Numbered from the stretch's first letter, positions 46,998-57,246 are shown. The stretch: 64,000 nt of DNA from an uncultured Candidatus Saccharibacteria bacterium (GCA_964521955.1 CAZFTX010000001.1:42386-106385), one strand, 5' to 3'. Numbers and translations are program-made. Notes: generated by a model from the letters alone, not told the origin.

Positions 46998-48485
46998 TTA
47001 AATGCTTGGATGTTTTTTATGCCACTGTGTAATTTGCTGATAAGCATGTCCTACGTTAAACACAACTTGCTCTCCCCATTGAGGACCAATAATCTGCATA
47101 CCAACAGGCAACCCGTCAACCGAAGGGCTTTCTCCTTCAGAGGGTCTTGAAAAACCTACCGGAACTGAAACTGCTGGAAGCCCTGCTAAAGAAGAAGGTA
47201 TGTTTAACTGGTCAGCAATGTATCCAAAAAGCGGGTTGTCTTTGGCTTTACCCAAAGGTACAGCAACGTTTGGTGAAGCGGGTGCAACTAAAACGTCTAC
47301 CTGTTTAAAAATTTCTTCAAACTCATTTATTATCAACCTTCTCACCTTCTGAGCTTTTTTGTAATAAGCGTCATAGTATCCGGCAGAAAGCACATAAGTT
47401 CCGGTAAGAATGCGTCTTTTAGCTTCAATCCCAAAATATTCTCCTCGAGTTTTATTATAAACTTCAAAAAGATCTTTTGCGTTTTTAGAACTGGACCCAT
47501 AACGAATACCGTCGTAACGCATGAGGTTAGAAGAAACTTCACTGGGACAAATAATTGCATAAACTAATGAACCAAATTTGGTATTGGGTAAATTTACTTC
47601 TTTAATTTCGGCGCCCATTTTTTTGAGTTCTTCAACAGCTTCCATAACCTTTACTCTAACACCTTCTTCCATACCATCCACAAAGTATTCTTTTGGTACA
47701 CCAACTTTCAAACCTTTAATATCAGTATTTAAATTTTTTGCAAAAAAAGGAACTTCTCCTCCTCCGGTTGTAGAATCCTTTTCATCTACTCCAGAAATTA
47801 CTTCTGCTATATGCGCCAAATCTTTCACGGAAAAAGCCACGGCTCCCGGCGAATCCAAAGAACTGCCCATAGAAATAACCCCGTACCGACTCACTCGGCC
47901 GTAAGTAGGCTTCCAACCGGAAACACCGCACAAACTACTTGGCTGACGAATGCTTCCACCCGTTTCAGTAGCCGTTGCCCAAGGGGTTAAGCCTAAAGCC
48001 AAAGCAGCTGTACTGCCTCCGGAGGAACCTCCTGGAATGCGAGTTTTGTCCCAAGGATTCTTTGTTGCACCGAATGCTGAAGTCTCTGTTGAGGACCCGT
48101 GTGCAAATTCGTCTAAATTTGTTTTGCCCAACAAAACACTTTTTTGTTCTTTAAGTTTGGCAGTGACTGTCCCGTCATAAGGAGGTAAATAGTTATCTAA
48201 AATTTTAGAACTCGCCGTAGTTCTTAAACCCTGCGTGCAAAACAAATCCTTAGACGCATAAGGTATCCCACATAAAAAAGGATTCTCACCGGGAGAGTTA
48301 ATAAACTCATCAGCTTCAGCAGCGTTTTTTAAAGCTTCTTCTTCTGTAACCGTAACAAAAGAATTCAAATCCTTGTCTAAAGATTTTATACGCTCCAAAA
48401 AATGCTTCGTCAACTCAACTGAAGAAACTTTTTTCTCATCCAATATTTTTCTAAGCTCCGTAAGCTCTAAAAACTCTAACTGCAT
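46998..48485 (-). CDS. gatA: Asp/Glu-tRNA amidotransferase subunit A
   Basis: GKTNLDEFA, PGGSSGGS, TGGSIRQP, RYDGIRYG, GYYDAYYKKAQKVR. Confidence 0.98.
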   Translation of the reverse strand: MQLEFLELTELRKILDEKKVSSVELTKHFLERIKSLDKDLNSFVTVTEEEALKNAAEADEFINSPGENPFLCGIPYASKDLFCTQGLRTTASSKILDNYLPPYDGTVTAKLKEQKSVLLGKTNLDEFAHGSSTETSAFGATKNPWDKTRIPGGSSGGSTAALALGLTPWATATETGGSIRQPSSLCGVSGWKPTYGRVSRYGVISMGSSLDSPGAVAFSVKDLAHIAEVISGVDEKDSTTGGGEVPFFAKNLNTDIKGLKVGVPKEYFVDGMEEGVRVKVMEAVEELKKMGAEIKEVNLPNTKFGSLVYAIICPSEVSSNLMRYDGIRYGSSSKNAKDLFEVYNKTRGEYFGIEAKRRILTGTYVLSAGYYDAYYKKAQKVRRLIINEFEEIFKQVDVLVAPASPNVAVPLGKAKDNPLFGYIADQLNIPSSLAGLPAVSVPVGFSRPSEGESPSVDGLPVGMQIIGPQWGEQVVFNVGHAYQQITQWHKKHPSI

Positions 48486-48543
48486 TTTATGTCTTTAATA
48501 AATTATGTTCAATTTTATTTAATTTTGATCAATTTTGTCATTT

Positions 48544-48825
48544 CTAGAGTATTTCTCTAACCTTATAAAACTCATCTTTCACTTCGGGTGCTTGGGCTAA
48601 TATTTCCTCTCTATTATTACCAAGTTTGGACTCATCCATTCTTTGCACATTGACTAAACCGGTTACTTGAGAAACCTCGTCCAACCCTTCCGTATTCAGC
48701 CCTTGCAACTCTTTTACATACTCCAAAACAGCGGAAACTCCGCTTTGGAGCACTTCCACTTCTTCGTCTGAAAGCTCAATTCGAGCTAAAAGAGCAACTT
48801 TTTCTACTTCTTCTTTAGTGAGCAT
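48544..48825 (-). CDS. gatC: Asp/Glu-tRNA amidotransferase subunit C
   Basis: EEVEKVALLARIEL; directly upstream of gatA. Confidence 0.93.
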   Translation of the reverse strand: MLTKEEVEKVALLARIELSDEEVEVLQSGVSAVLEYVKELQGLNTEGLDEVSQVTGLVNVQRMDESKLGNNREEILAQAPEVKDEFYKVREIL

Positions 48826-48895
48826 AAGAGCACTAATTATAGCAAAGCCTCAAAAGCCTTTCAAATGCTTAATACTAAAAAATATCAACTATCAC

Positions 48896-49085
48896 AAAGT
48901 CTATATATTGAGCCAAGTTCGAGGCAAAATGCGCGGATGATTCGAGCCGTAGTGAACCTACGGTGAGAAACAACGCAAGCATTTTAACGAAGCCCCCAAA
49001 GGGGTCTGGCTCCGCCAGAAAATTGGCCAAAGCTACTTTAGAAATCGGGCTATGCCCGTTTCAAAAGTAGCGGTATATTGACTTT
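48896..49085. repeat. structured non-coding repeat, subfamily A, copy 2
   Basis: Homologous to 30260-30417, with an extra ~28-nt double-hairpin insert. Confidence 0.9.
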
Positions 49086-49087
49086 AA

Positions 49088-51457
49088 CTAGAGTAAATTT
49101 TTTTGAAGAAGAAGAACAAACAAAGACTTAATAAACTGCTTTTGAATCCCTTTACCCATTTCTTCAAACAAATTTTTACTCTCTAAAATAAATTCAATGA
49201 GCGGGTCTTCAGAAGCATAAGAAAGTAACCCAGCCTCTTCCTTTAAAACATCCATAAGTTCTAAATGATCACTCCAGTGATTGTCTATAATTTGTAGGAT
49301 CAACTGCTGACTAGCCTCCCAAGTCTCTGGGTTTTCTTTTAAAAGCCCGGCTCTAGTTTGCAAATATGTAGAAAATTTATCTACCGCTACATTGGCTTTT
49401 TCCGAAAGTTTGTTTTTATCCTGCTTGTTAGAAAAATATTCTTCTAACTCATGCGGGTTAACTTCTACACTAAACACATCTCTCAAATTTTCTGCAACTA
49501 ACTTTGGTTCTGCAAGCAAAAAAGCAAAACTTACCAAATCTGAAATGGTTTGGTTTAAAAATTTTTCAAATTCAACTTCGTTTTCTAAAAGCCTGTCCCT
49601 TAAAGCATAAACTTCACTGCGTTGAAAATTTATAACTCTGTCGTATTTATACAAATAAATTCTACCATCATAATTTTTACTTTCTACAAAATCTTGGGCT
49701 TTCTTAAATTCTTCGTCCAAACTTTTCCCAGAAATGTATTCGTCTTCAGGAATATCATACTCCTCTAAAGCGTCAATAATTCTTTCGCTACCAAACATTT
49801 GCATAATTTCATCTTCCATCGAAATCAAAAACTGGCTTTCACCTGCCTCACCTTGTCTGCCGCTTCTTCCAATTAACTGGTCGTCTATTCTTCTGGATTC
49901 ATGTCTTTCAGTTCCAATTACATAAAGACCACCCAAAGCTTCAACGCCTGGACCTAAAAGTATGTCCGTACCCCGACCTGCCATGTTAGTTGCAACTGTA
50001 ATCATACCTTCTAGTCCTGCCTTGGAAATTTTTTCCGCTTCAGCTCTGTGGTCAGACGCTGTTAAAAGCTGGAAAGGCATTTCTTCTGTTTCCAACATGT
50101 CGGCCAACGCATGGGCAGTTTCTACAGTTCGTGCACAAAGTAAAATTGGCTGACCGCGTTTATGAATTTGTTTCAGTTTTTTTAAAAGTCCAGCAAATTT
50201 TCCTTTTTGAGTCTTAAAAAACAAATCCGAATGGTCAACCCTGGTAACTGCCTTGTTTGTGGGAATTTTCACAACTTCCAAATTATATACTTGCATAAAC
50301 TCATCCCTAGCGCGCATAACCGTTCCGGACATACCGGAAAGTTTTTCATACATTGGGAAAAAGTTTTGAAATGTTAAAGCTGCAACCGTTCGGTCAGAAT
50401 CTTTCACTAAAACTTTTTCTTTTGCTTCAATTGCTTGGTGCACTCCGTCCGTAAACCTTCTGCCAGGCAAAACTCTTCCAGTAAACTCATCCACAATTTC
50501 CACCCCAGTTTCAGTAACAATATAGTCTCTGTCTTTTTCAAAAAGCGTTTTAGCTCTTAAACACACGTCTAAATAAAAAACATACATGGGATTTTCCTTT
50601 GAAAACATTGGCGAACCAATTAACTTTTCCATTTTATCCAAACCCGTAGAAGTTAAACTTACGTTTTTGTGTTGGTAGTCAACTTTAAAATCTTTATCTT
50701 CCTCTAAACTAGCGACATTTTTTGTAAACAAATCATACAAACTTCTTTGTTCTTTTACTGTCGCCGCAATAATTAAAGGCGTACGCGACTCGTCAATGAG
50801 TATACTGTCTATTTCATCTACAATTCCAAAATGCAAAGGATTTTCTTTCCTTAAAACCCTGTCACTTTTTGAAAAAACTAAATTATCCCTTAAATAATCA
50901 AAGCCTAAGTCTTGGTTAGTTACATAAGTTATGTCAGCCGCATAAGCTTTTCGTCTGTCTTCACTTTTCATGGCCGAAGTCACAAAACCAGTACTCAAGC
51001 CTAAGAAAGAATAAAGTTTATTCATTTCTTTTGCGTCTCTTTCTGCTAAATAGTCGTTAGTAGTAATTACATGCACGCCTTTTCCTAAAAGCGCGTTCAA
51101 ATAAACCGGCATTGTTTCAGTTAAAGTTTTGCCTTCTCCGGCTTTCATTTCAGCAATTTTTCCTAAGTGGATTACTAACCCACCTAAAATTTGTACTTCA
51201 TACGGAGTTTTACCAAACATTCTTCTTGCGGCTTCACACACTAAAGCAAACCCCGGCACAACCAACGAATCTAAAGACTTGCCTTTTTTCAAGTCATCTT
51301 TAAAAGCTAAAGTAGCCAGCCTAAGTTCTTTGTCTGCCCAACTTTTTAGTTCTTCACGATTTTTTAAAATCAAATCCACCCTGTGCTCCAAAGAACCCAA
51401 AGCTTTTGTATCAATGTAACCGTTTATTTTGTCTTTTAAAGAATCAATAAAACCCAT
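49088..51457 (-). CDS. secA: SecA-family translocase ATPase (short, 789 aa)
   Basis: EMKAGEGKT, NDYLAERD, GFDYLRDN, VDEIDSILIDESRTPLII, ATNMAGRGTDI, RRIDDQLIGRSGRQG. Confidence 0.93.
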   Translation of the reverse strand: MGFIDSLKDKINGYIDTKALGSLEHRVDLILKNREELKSWADKELRLATLAFKDDLKKGKSLDSLVVPGFALVCEAARRMFGKTPYEVQILGGLVIHLGKIAEMKAGEGKTLTETMPVYLNALLGKGVHVITTNDYLAERDAKEMNKLYSFLGLSTGFVTSAMKSEDRRKAYAADITYVTNQDLGFDYLRDNLVFSKSDRVLRKENPLHFGIVDEIDSILIDESRTPLIIAATVKEQRSLYDLFTKNVASLEEDKDFKVDYQHKNVSLTSTGLDKMEKLIGSPMFSKENPMYVFYLDVCLRAKTLFEKDRDYIVTETGVEIVDEFTGRVLPGRRFTDGVHQAIEAKEKVLVKDSDRTVAALTFQNFFPMYEKLSGMSGTVMRARDEFMQVYNLEVVKIPTNKAVTRVDHSDLFFKTQKGKFAGLLKKLKQIHKRGQPILLCARTVETAHALADMLETEEMPFQLLTASDHRAEAEKISKAGLEGMITVATNMAGRGTDILLGPGVEALGGLYVIGTERHESRRIDDQLIGRSGRQGEAGESQFLISMEDEIMQMFGSERIIDALEEYDIPEDEYISGKSLDEEFKKAQDFVESKNYDGRIYLYKYDRVINFQRSEVYALRDRLLENEVEFEKFLNQTISDLVSFAFLLAEPKLVAENLRDVFSVEVNPHELEEYFSNKQDKNKLSEKANVAVDKFSTYLQTRAGLLKENPETWEASQQLILQIIDNHWSDHLELMDVLKEEAGLLSYASEDPLIEFILESKNLFEEMGKGIQKQFIKSLFVLLLQKNLL

Positions 51458-51587
51458 TTAACTTTGTATATTTTTGTTTCTAAAGTTTGCTTATTTTGAG
51501 ATAATTATACCATAAAAACCGCAGATGTGCTATAATAAATTTACTTTAAATTAACTCGCACGCGAAGAAAAAGCGTTGTCGAAGAAA

Positions 51588-51779
51588 TAGAATTTTACGC
51601 ATTAAGTCAAGTTCGAGGCAAAATGTGCAGATGATTCGAGCCGTAGTCTACTACGGTGAGAAGAAACGCAAACATTTTAACAAAGCCCCAAAGGGGTCTG
51701 GCTCCGCCAGAAAATTGACCAAAGCTACTTTTAGAATCTGGCTCAGCCAGTTCAGAAAATAGCAATGCGAGAAATTCTA
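51588..51779. repeat. structured non-coding repeat, subfamily A, copy 3
   Basis: Homologous to copies 1 and 2; ends 9 nt before the lemA ATG. Confidence 0.9.
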
Positions 51780-51788
51780 AACAAAAAT

Positions 51789-52337
51789 ATGGATATTGGA
51801 ATATATATAATTATTGCGTTAGTAATCTTAGGAATCTACTTCTACAACTCCATGGTTTCTTCCAGAAACCGCGTAGAAGAAGCTTGGAGCGACATAGAAG
51901 TTCAACTCAAAAGGCGTTATGACCTCATTCCTAACTTAGTGGAAACCGTCAAAGGCTACGCCAAACAGGAATCTTCTGTTTTGGAAAATGTGACCAAAGC
52001 TAGAAACATGGCCATGAACGCTGGCAGCATGCAAGAAAAACTTCAAGACGAAAACATGCTTTCCGGTGCTTTAAAATCTCTTTTTGCAGTTTCAGAAAAT
52101 TACCCTGACTTAAAAAGCAATACTAACTTCATGCAAATGCAAAGAGACTTAACAGACACCGAAGACAAAATTCAGGCCGCTCGCAGGTTTTACAACGGCA
52201 CAGTCAGAGACTACAACACTTTACTTCAAACTTTCCCAAGAAACATAGTTGCTCCTATGCTAGGTTTTAGCGTTAAGCAATTCTTTGACATTGACGAAAA
52301 AGGCCCTGAAGCCCAACCTGTTAAAGTTTCTTTTTAA
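51789..52337 (+). CDS. lemA: LemA family protein
   Basis: AWSDIEVQLKRRYDLIPNLVETVKGY, ENYPDLK, ARRFYN. Confidence 0.95.
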   Translation: MDIGIYIIIALVILGIYFYNSMVSSRNRVEEAWSDIEVQLKRRYDLIPNLVETVKGYAKQESSVLENVTKARNMAMNAGSMQEKLQDENMLSGALKSLFAVSENYPDLKSNTNFMQMQRDLTDTEDKIQAARRFYNGTVRDYNTLLQTFPRNIVAPMLGFSVKQFFDIDEKGPEAQPVKVSF

Positions 52338-52466
52338 AGAAACTTTAACCTTGAGCGAAGTCGAAAGATTAAAGTCCAATTCTAATCATTTAAACATTTA
52401 AGCATACAAGCATAAAAAATTTTGCTAATGTAAGCATGCTTAAATGTTAAATGTTTAAATGAATAA

Positions 52467-53396
52467 ATGCTGACATACGATCACATTTCTAAAAACAAAA
52501 CCGAAAGCTGGATACTCATATTCAGCTTTTTAGTAATTATTTCCCTTTTAGGTTTTGTTTTTTCTCAAATTTACAACACTCCGCAAATTCTGTATTTTGC
52601 GGTTGGTTTTAGCATTATTACTTCTTTTATTTCTTACTACTTTTCCGACTCTATAACTTTAGCCATGTCCCAGGCTAAAGAAGTTAACAGACAGTCTGCG
52701 CCGGATCTTTTTAGGTTAGTGGAAAACTTAACCATTGCTGCAGGGCTTCCCATGCCTAAAGTCTACGTTATAGAAGACACAGCTTTGAATGCTTTTGCCA
52801 CCGGCAGAGACCCCGAGCATGCAGTTGTTTGTTTTACCACGGGAATACTGCAGCGCTTAGAAAAAACTGAACTAGAAGGAGTGGTAGCCCATGAACTTTC
52901 CCACATTGGCAACTACGACATTCGCGTCATGACTTTAGTCGTAGTTTTAGTGGGCACCATTACCTTACTTGCAGACTGGATGCTAAGAGCTTCTTTTTTT
53001 GGCAACCGAAAGTCCAGTGACCGCGAAGGTGGCGGACAAATAAAGCTGATTTTGATGATTGCCGGAATTCTTTTAGCTATCCTTTCCCCAATTATTGCTA
53101 CAGTTATAAAGTTAGCAGTTTCCAGAAAACGCGAATTTTTAGCCGACGCTTCCGGTGCTCTTTTAACCCGTTACCCGGAAGGCTTGGCCCGCGCTTTAGA
53201 AAAAATATCCAGCGACAAAGAACCCTTGGAAGCCGCAAACAAAGCCACAGCTCACATGTACATAGTCAATCCTTTTCATGAAGACTCAAAGTTAAACGCT
53301 AATTCCGCAAAAAGCAGAGGGTGGTTTTCTTCACTTTTCAACACCCATCCGCCGGTAGAAGAAAGAATTCGTCGTTTACGTGAAATGAATCTTTAA
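52467..53396 (+). CDS. htpX: M48 zinc metalloprotease HtpX
   Basis: NAFATGR, ELEGVVAHELSH, SRKREFLAD, THPPVEERI. Confidence 0.95.
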   Translation: MLTYDHISKNKTESWILIFSFLVIISLLGFVFSQIYNTPQILYFAVGFSIITSFISYYFSDSITLAMSQAKEVNRQSAPDLFRLVENLTIAAGLPMPKVYVIEDTALNAFATGRDPEHAVVCFTTGILQRLEKTELEGVVAHELSHIGNYDIRVMTLVVVLVGTITLLADWMLRASFFGNRKSSDREGGGQIKLILMIAGILLAILSPIIATVIKLAVSRKREFLADASGALLTRYPEGLARALEKISSDKEPLEAANKATAHMYIVNPFHEDSKLNANSAKSRGWFSSLFNTHPPVEERIRRLREMNL

Positions 53397-53902
53397 AAAA
53401 CTACTTTTGAAATTACGTTTGTTCTGAACCCCTTACTCGCTAACTTTTTGGCCAGTTTTTGCTTTACCTCGTATAAATCACTGCTTGCAGTGATTTCCGT
53501 GCTAGATTTTGCTACATGCTTCTTAACAAATCTCTTAGCAATTTCCAACTCTTCTTCTTCACTTAAACCCTCGCTCAAAGTCTTTTCAATGAGCTCAGAA
53601 GGTAATCTTTTTTCAATAAACTTTTTTTTAATTCCAAAATACCCAAAATTTTTATACTTTTTTAAATTTTCCAAAAAAACCTGTGCATATCTTTCATCGT
53701 CTAAATACTTTAAACCTTTTAGTTCCTCAATAACTTCTTCAATAATTTTTTCATTTTGATATTTAATTTTTAGTTTTGCTTTTATTTCCCCTTCAGTTCT
53801 CAGCTTTAAACTCAGTAAATAAACAGCATATGCATATGCCCTTTCTTTCTGCTCTTGAGTTTTATTTGCAAATTGATCTATAAGCATCAGTGTTATCCGC
53901 AT
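53393..53902 (-). CDS. recX: RecX-family regulator
   Basis: RTEGEIKAKL, YLDDERYA, KKLASKGF. Confidence 0.85.
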   Translation of the reverse strand: MRITLMLIDQFANKTQEQKERAYAYAVYLLSLKLRTEGEIKAKLKIKYQNEKIIEEVIEELKGLKYLDDERYAQVFLENLKKYKNFGYFGIKKKFIEKRLPSELIEKTLSEGLSEEEELEIAKRFVKKHVAKSSTEITASSDLYEVKQKLAKKLASKGFRTNVISKVVF

Positions 53903-53920
53903 GTTTTAAAAAATCTGTGG

Positions 53921-53947
53921 TTAGCACTCTCTTGACTTGAGTGATAA
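53921..53947. promoter_or_regulatory. CIRCE operator (HrcA site) overlapping the clpC -35
   Basis: TTAGCACTC-N9-GAGTGATAA, one mismatch to the consensus; TTGACT at 53932, 17 nt, TAACAT. Confidence 0.85.
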
Positions 53948-54094
53948 TTTATCATAACATATATATAGATGTTATAATTACATATATAATAGCATTTTCA
54001 ATTAAAGACTATTTTAAGAAAACTATAGGATTGAGCCGAACTTCCGAATATCTGTTGCATCAGTCCTATTTAGTCCTATAAGGCCTATTCACAA

Positions 54095-56659
54095 ATGACA
54101 AATTTTACATACATATTAGAACGCTTAAGCAGTAGAGCAAAAAATGCTCTTATTTTAGCTCAAATGGTTTCTGAAGAACTTAAGCACGACCATATTGGTA
54201 CCGAACATTTGCTTTTTGGTGTGGTTTCAGAAAAAAGTTCTTTTGCTGCAGAAATTTTAGCAAAAACCAAGCTCAGCCCTGAAGCAGTAAAAGAAGAGCT
54301 TATTTTAGTTAACACCAACAACACCATTACTAGCTGGAAGCCTGTGCTTTCCGAAAACTTAAAACAAGCTATAGAAAAAGCTGCAATTATTGCCAGCCAA
54401 TATGGTTACCAATTTATTGGTACCGAACATTTTCTTTATGGCTTACTTTCAAGCAAACTCAACAAAGCCAGGGTGATTTTCTCAAAACTAGGAATTGATA
54501 CTAGTGAACTCCAGCAAAATTTAGAAAATGTTTTTGAAAATATTTCAAAATTTCCCGAAATGCCGGGAATAGGACCGGAAGCTACTGGTGGTTTTCAAAA
54601 TCCCGGAGCAAACCCCGGACAAATTCCTCAAAACCCTCGCATGAACGGACAAAAGCAAAACTTATTGGAATATTTCACCACCGACTTAACTAAAAAAGCC
54701 TTAACTGGTTTAATTGACCCGGTTATTGGCAGAAAAAATGAAATTGAAAGACTGGTCTCTATTTTAAACCGTAGAACTAAGAACAATCCCCTACTTATTG
54801 GCGAAGCCGGCGTAGGCAAAACCGCAATTGTTGAAGGTTTAGCTTTAGCAATTTCCAAACGCGAAGTACCTGACTCTTTGCTCGATAAAAAAATACTTTC
54901 TTTAGACTTAGCCCTCATTGTAGCTGGCTCCATGTTCAGAGGTGAATTTGAAAACCGTTTAAAGCAAATTATAGACGAAGTAAAAGCTGACAAAAACGTC
55001 ATTTTGTTTATAGACGAACTTCACACCATGGTTGGCGCAGGCGCCACTACTGGCTCTTTAGATGCGGCTAATATTTTAAAACCTGCCTTAGCCCGCGGCG
55101 AACTCCGGGCAATTGGTGCCACTACGCTTTCGGAATACAAACAACACATTGAAAAAGACGCTGCTTTGGAAAGAAGGTTCCAACCTATTTTAGTAGAAGA
55201 ACCTAGCCGTGACGAAACTGTAGAAATTTTACAAGGCTTAAAACCTTCTTACGAGAAACACCATAACGTTACCATTACTGACGAAGCCATTCGCAGTGCT
55301 GTTGACCTTTCTTCCCGCTACATTCAAGACCGCTTCTTACCTGACAAAGCTGTAGATTTGATTGATGAAACCGCTGCCTTTTTAAGAAGTATTAACTCTT
55401 CTTCCAAGCTTCTTCGAACTACCAAAAAAATAGAAGCTGACTTACTGGCTCTAGAAGAAGAAAAAACCAAGGCTGTTTTAAGTCAAGATTTTACAACAGC
55501 TTTACACTTAAGGGCTCAGGAAGAAAAACTTTTAAAACAAAAAGCCGATCTTTCCAAAAGTCTCAGTGTTGAATCACAAATTCCAACCCACACCATTTCC
55601 GGCGAAGACATTGCACATACCGTTTCCATGATGACAAAAATTCCGCTTGCTCGCCTTACTAAAACCGAAATTGGCAGACTGGCTAACTTAGAAAAAATTC
55701 TCAAATCTAAAATTGTTGGTCAAAACGAAGGCGTGGAAGAAATTGCCAAAGCAATTCGCCGTTCCCGCGCGGGCATTGCTGACCCCAAAAGGCCTTTAGG
55801 TTCTTTTATTTTCTTAGGTCCTACCGGAGTGGGTAAAACTGAAACTGCCAAAGTTTTAGCTAAAGAAATTTTTGAAGACGAAGAAGCTTTAATCCGGGTA
55901 GACATGTCGGAATTCATGGAAAGACACAACGTTTCCCGTCTTATTGGCGCTCCGGCCGGTTATGTAGGCTACGGCGAGGGCGGCAGACTTACGGAAGCTG
56001 TCAGAAGAAAACCCTACTCAGTTGTGCTTTTTGACGAAATTGAAAAAGCAAACCCGGACGTGTTCAACATTTTCCTGCAAATTTTAGAAGACGGACAACT
56101 CACAGACGCGGAAGGTAAAAAGGTTTCTTTTAGAAACACGGTCATAATTATGACCTCCAACTTAGGCATGCAGGAACTGACAATGCAAGCCGCCAAAATT
56201 GGTTTTGCCGACCGGGAAGAAAAACCGGACCAAAAAAAACAACTGGAAAAAGAATATGAAAACATTAAAGCCGGCGTGTTAGAAACCTTGCGTCAGTCCT
56301 TTAGACCGGAGTTTTTAAACCGCATAGACAAAATTATTGTTTTCAAACCCCTGGGTTTTTCTGAACTCAAAGAAATTACCAAACTTCAAATTGCTCAACT
56401 TCAAAACCGACTTTTGGAACAAAATGTCCAACTTAAAATTGCACCTGCAATTTACAAATTCATTGCAGAAAAAAGTTTTGACCCGGCCCAAGGCGCCAGA
56501 TTCGTTCGAAAAAACATTCAGGACTTACTGGAAGACCCTATGGCAGAAAAAATTATTGCCGGCAGAACTAAAGGTGGCGTAAGAATTTCCGCTGACGTAA
56601 AAAACGATAAAATATCCTTTACTGTTCAAAAAACCGAAAGAGTCCTTGTCCCAGCATAA
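54095..56659 (+). CDS. clpC: ATP-dependent Clp protease ATPase subunit (ClpC-like)
   Basis: Two Clp-N repeats (IGTEH), [20 protein letters not shown]-like middle domain, [18 protein letters not shown]. Confidence 0.93.
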   Translation: MTNFTYILERLSSRAKNALILAQMVSEELKHDHIGTEHLLFGVVSEKSSFAAEILAKTKLSPEAVKEELILVNTNNTITSWKPVLSENLKQAIEKAAIIASQYGYQFIGTEHFLYGLLSSKLNKARVIFSKLGIDTSELQQNLENVFENISKFPEMPGIGPEATGGFQNPGANPGQIPQNPRMNGQKQNLLEYFTTDLTKKALTGLIDPVIGRKNEIERLVSILNRRTKNNPLLIGEAGVGKTAIVEGLALAISKREVPDSLLDKKILSLDLALIVAGSMFRGEFENRLKQIIDEVKADKNVILFIDELHTMVGAGATTGSLDAANILKPALARGELRAIGATTLSEYKQHIEKDAALERRFQPILVEEPSRDETVEILQGLKPSYEKHHNVTITDEAIRSAVDLSSRYIQDRFLPDKAVDLIDETAAFLRSINSSSKLLRTTKKIEADLLALEEEKTKAVLSQDFTTALHLRAQEEKLLKQKADLSKSLSVESQIPTHTISGEDIAHTVSMMTKIPLARLTKTEIGRLANLEKILKSKIVGQNEGVEEIAKAIRRSRAGIADPKRPLGSFIFLGPTGVGKTETAKVLAKEIFEDEEALIRVDMSEFMERHNVSRLIGAPAGYVGYGEGGRLTEAVRRKPYSVVLFDEIEKANPDVFNIFLQILEDGQLTDAEGKKVSFRNTVIIMTSNLGMQELTMQAAKIGFADREEKPDQKKQLEKEYENIKAGVLETLRQSFRPEFLNRIDKIIVFKPLGFSELKEITKLQIAQLQNRLLEQNVQLKIAPAIYKFIAEKSFDPAQGARFVRKNIQDLLEDPMAEKIIAGRTKGGVRISADVKNDKISFTVQKTERVLVPA

Positions 56660-56675
56660 TAGAGATTCCCTCTTT

Positions 56676-56724
56676 CCCTCTCCTGCCTTGCGGGAGAGGG
56701 TGTCCCGAAGAGACGAGTGAGGGC
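56676..56724. repeat. BoxC/REP-like palindrome
   Basis: ccctctcctgc-ctt-gcgggagaggg…gtgaggg. Confidence 0.55.
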
Positions 56725-56771
56725 AAATAATTATATCGACAATTCTTAAATAAAATAAGTCACCATTTTTT

Positions 56772-56800
56772 ATCCCGCCCCTATACAGGGCGGGATTTTT
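56772..56800 (+). terminator. intrinsic terminator after clpC
   Basis: atcccgccc-ctataca-gggcgggat-tttt. Confidence 0.8.
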
Positions 56801-56863
56801 GGTATTTACAAAACCTCTCATATATTGTATAAATATCATTAACCGATCCAAGGAGGATCACTT

Positions 56864-57181
56864 ATGCCCCATCAACCCGCTATCGCCACTCAGGTTTCCT
56901 GGTTAGCGATAAGAAGGATTCGGGAACAAACCGATTCCACCAACAAAAGTCATCCTGGGCAGTCTCACGCCAGCGCACGTAAAGCAGAATTGCGCTCTGC
57001 TCGCAGAAAAGAACATGGTGCGAGCATTGCGAAAATCGGACTGCAACAGGTCATGGAAGAAGAGGACAAGCGGTTTCAAAACGCCAAAAAATTCATGACC
57101 GGAGGCACCAAACCGACCACTATCACCGCCGCCAATCCTGTCATGAAAGCTCCGTCGTATTCAGGTCGTTACTACTACTGA
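56864..57181 (+). CDS. orphan basic hypothetical protein, 105 aa
   Basis: AAGGAGG SD, upstream TTTACA-17-TATAAA, own terminator. Confidence 0.65.
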   Translation: MPHQPAIATQVSWLAIRRIREQTDSTNKSHPGQSHASARKAELRSARRKEHGASIAKIGLQQVMEEEDKRFQNAKKFMTGGTKPTTITAANPVMKAPSYSGRYYY

Positions 57182-57201
57182 TCGACGACCACTCCGCCAC
57201 T

Positions 57202-57246
57202 CACCTCCCCGCACGTAGCCTAGTTGCGGGGAGGTGTTCTTTTTTT
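57202..57246 (+). terminator. intrinsic terminator
   Basis: cacctccccgca…tgcggggaggtg-ttcttttttt. Confidence 0.85.
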
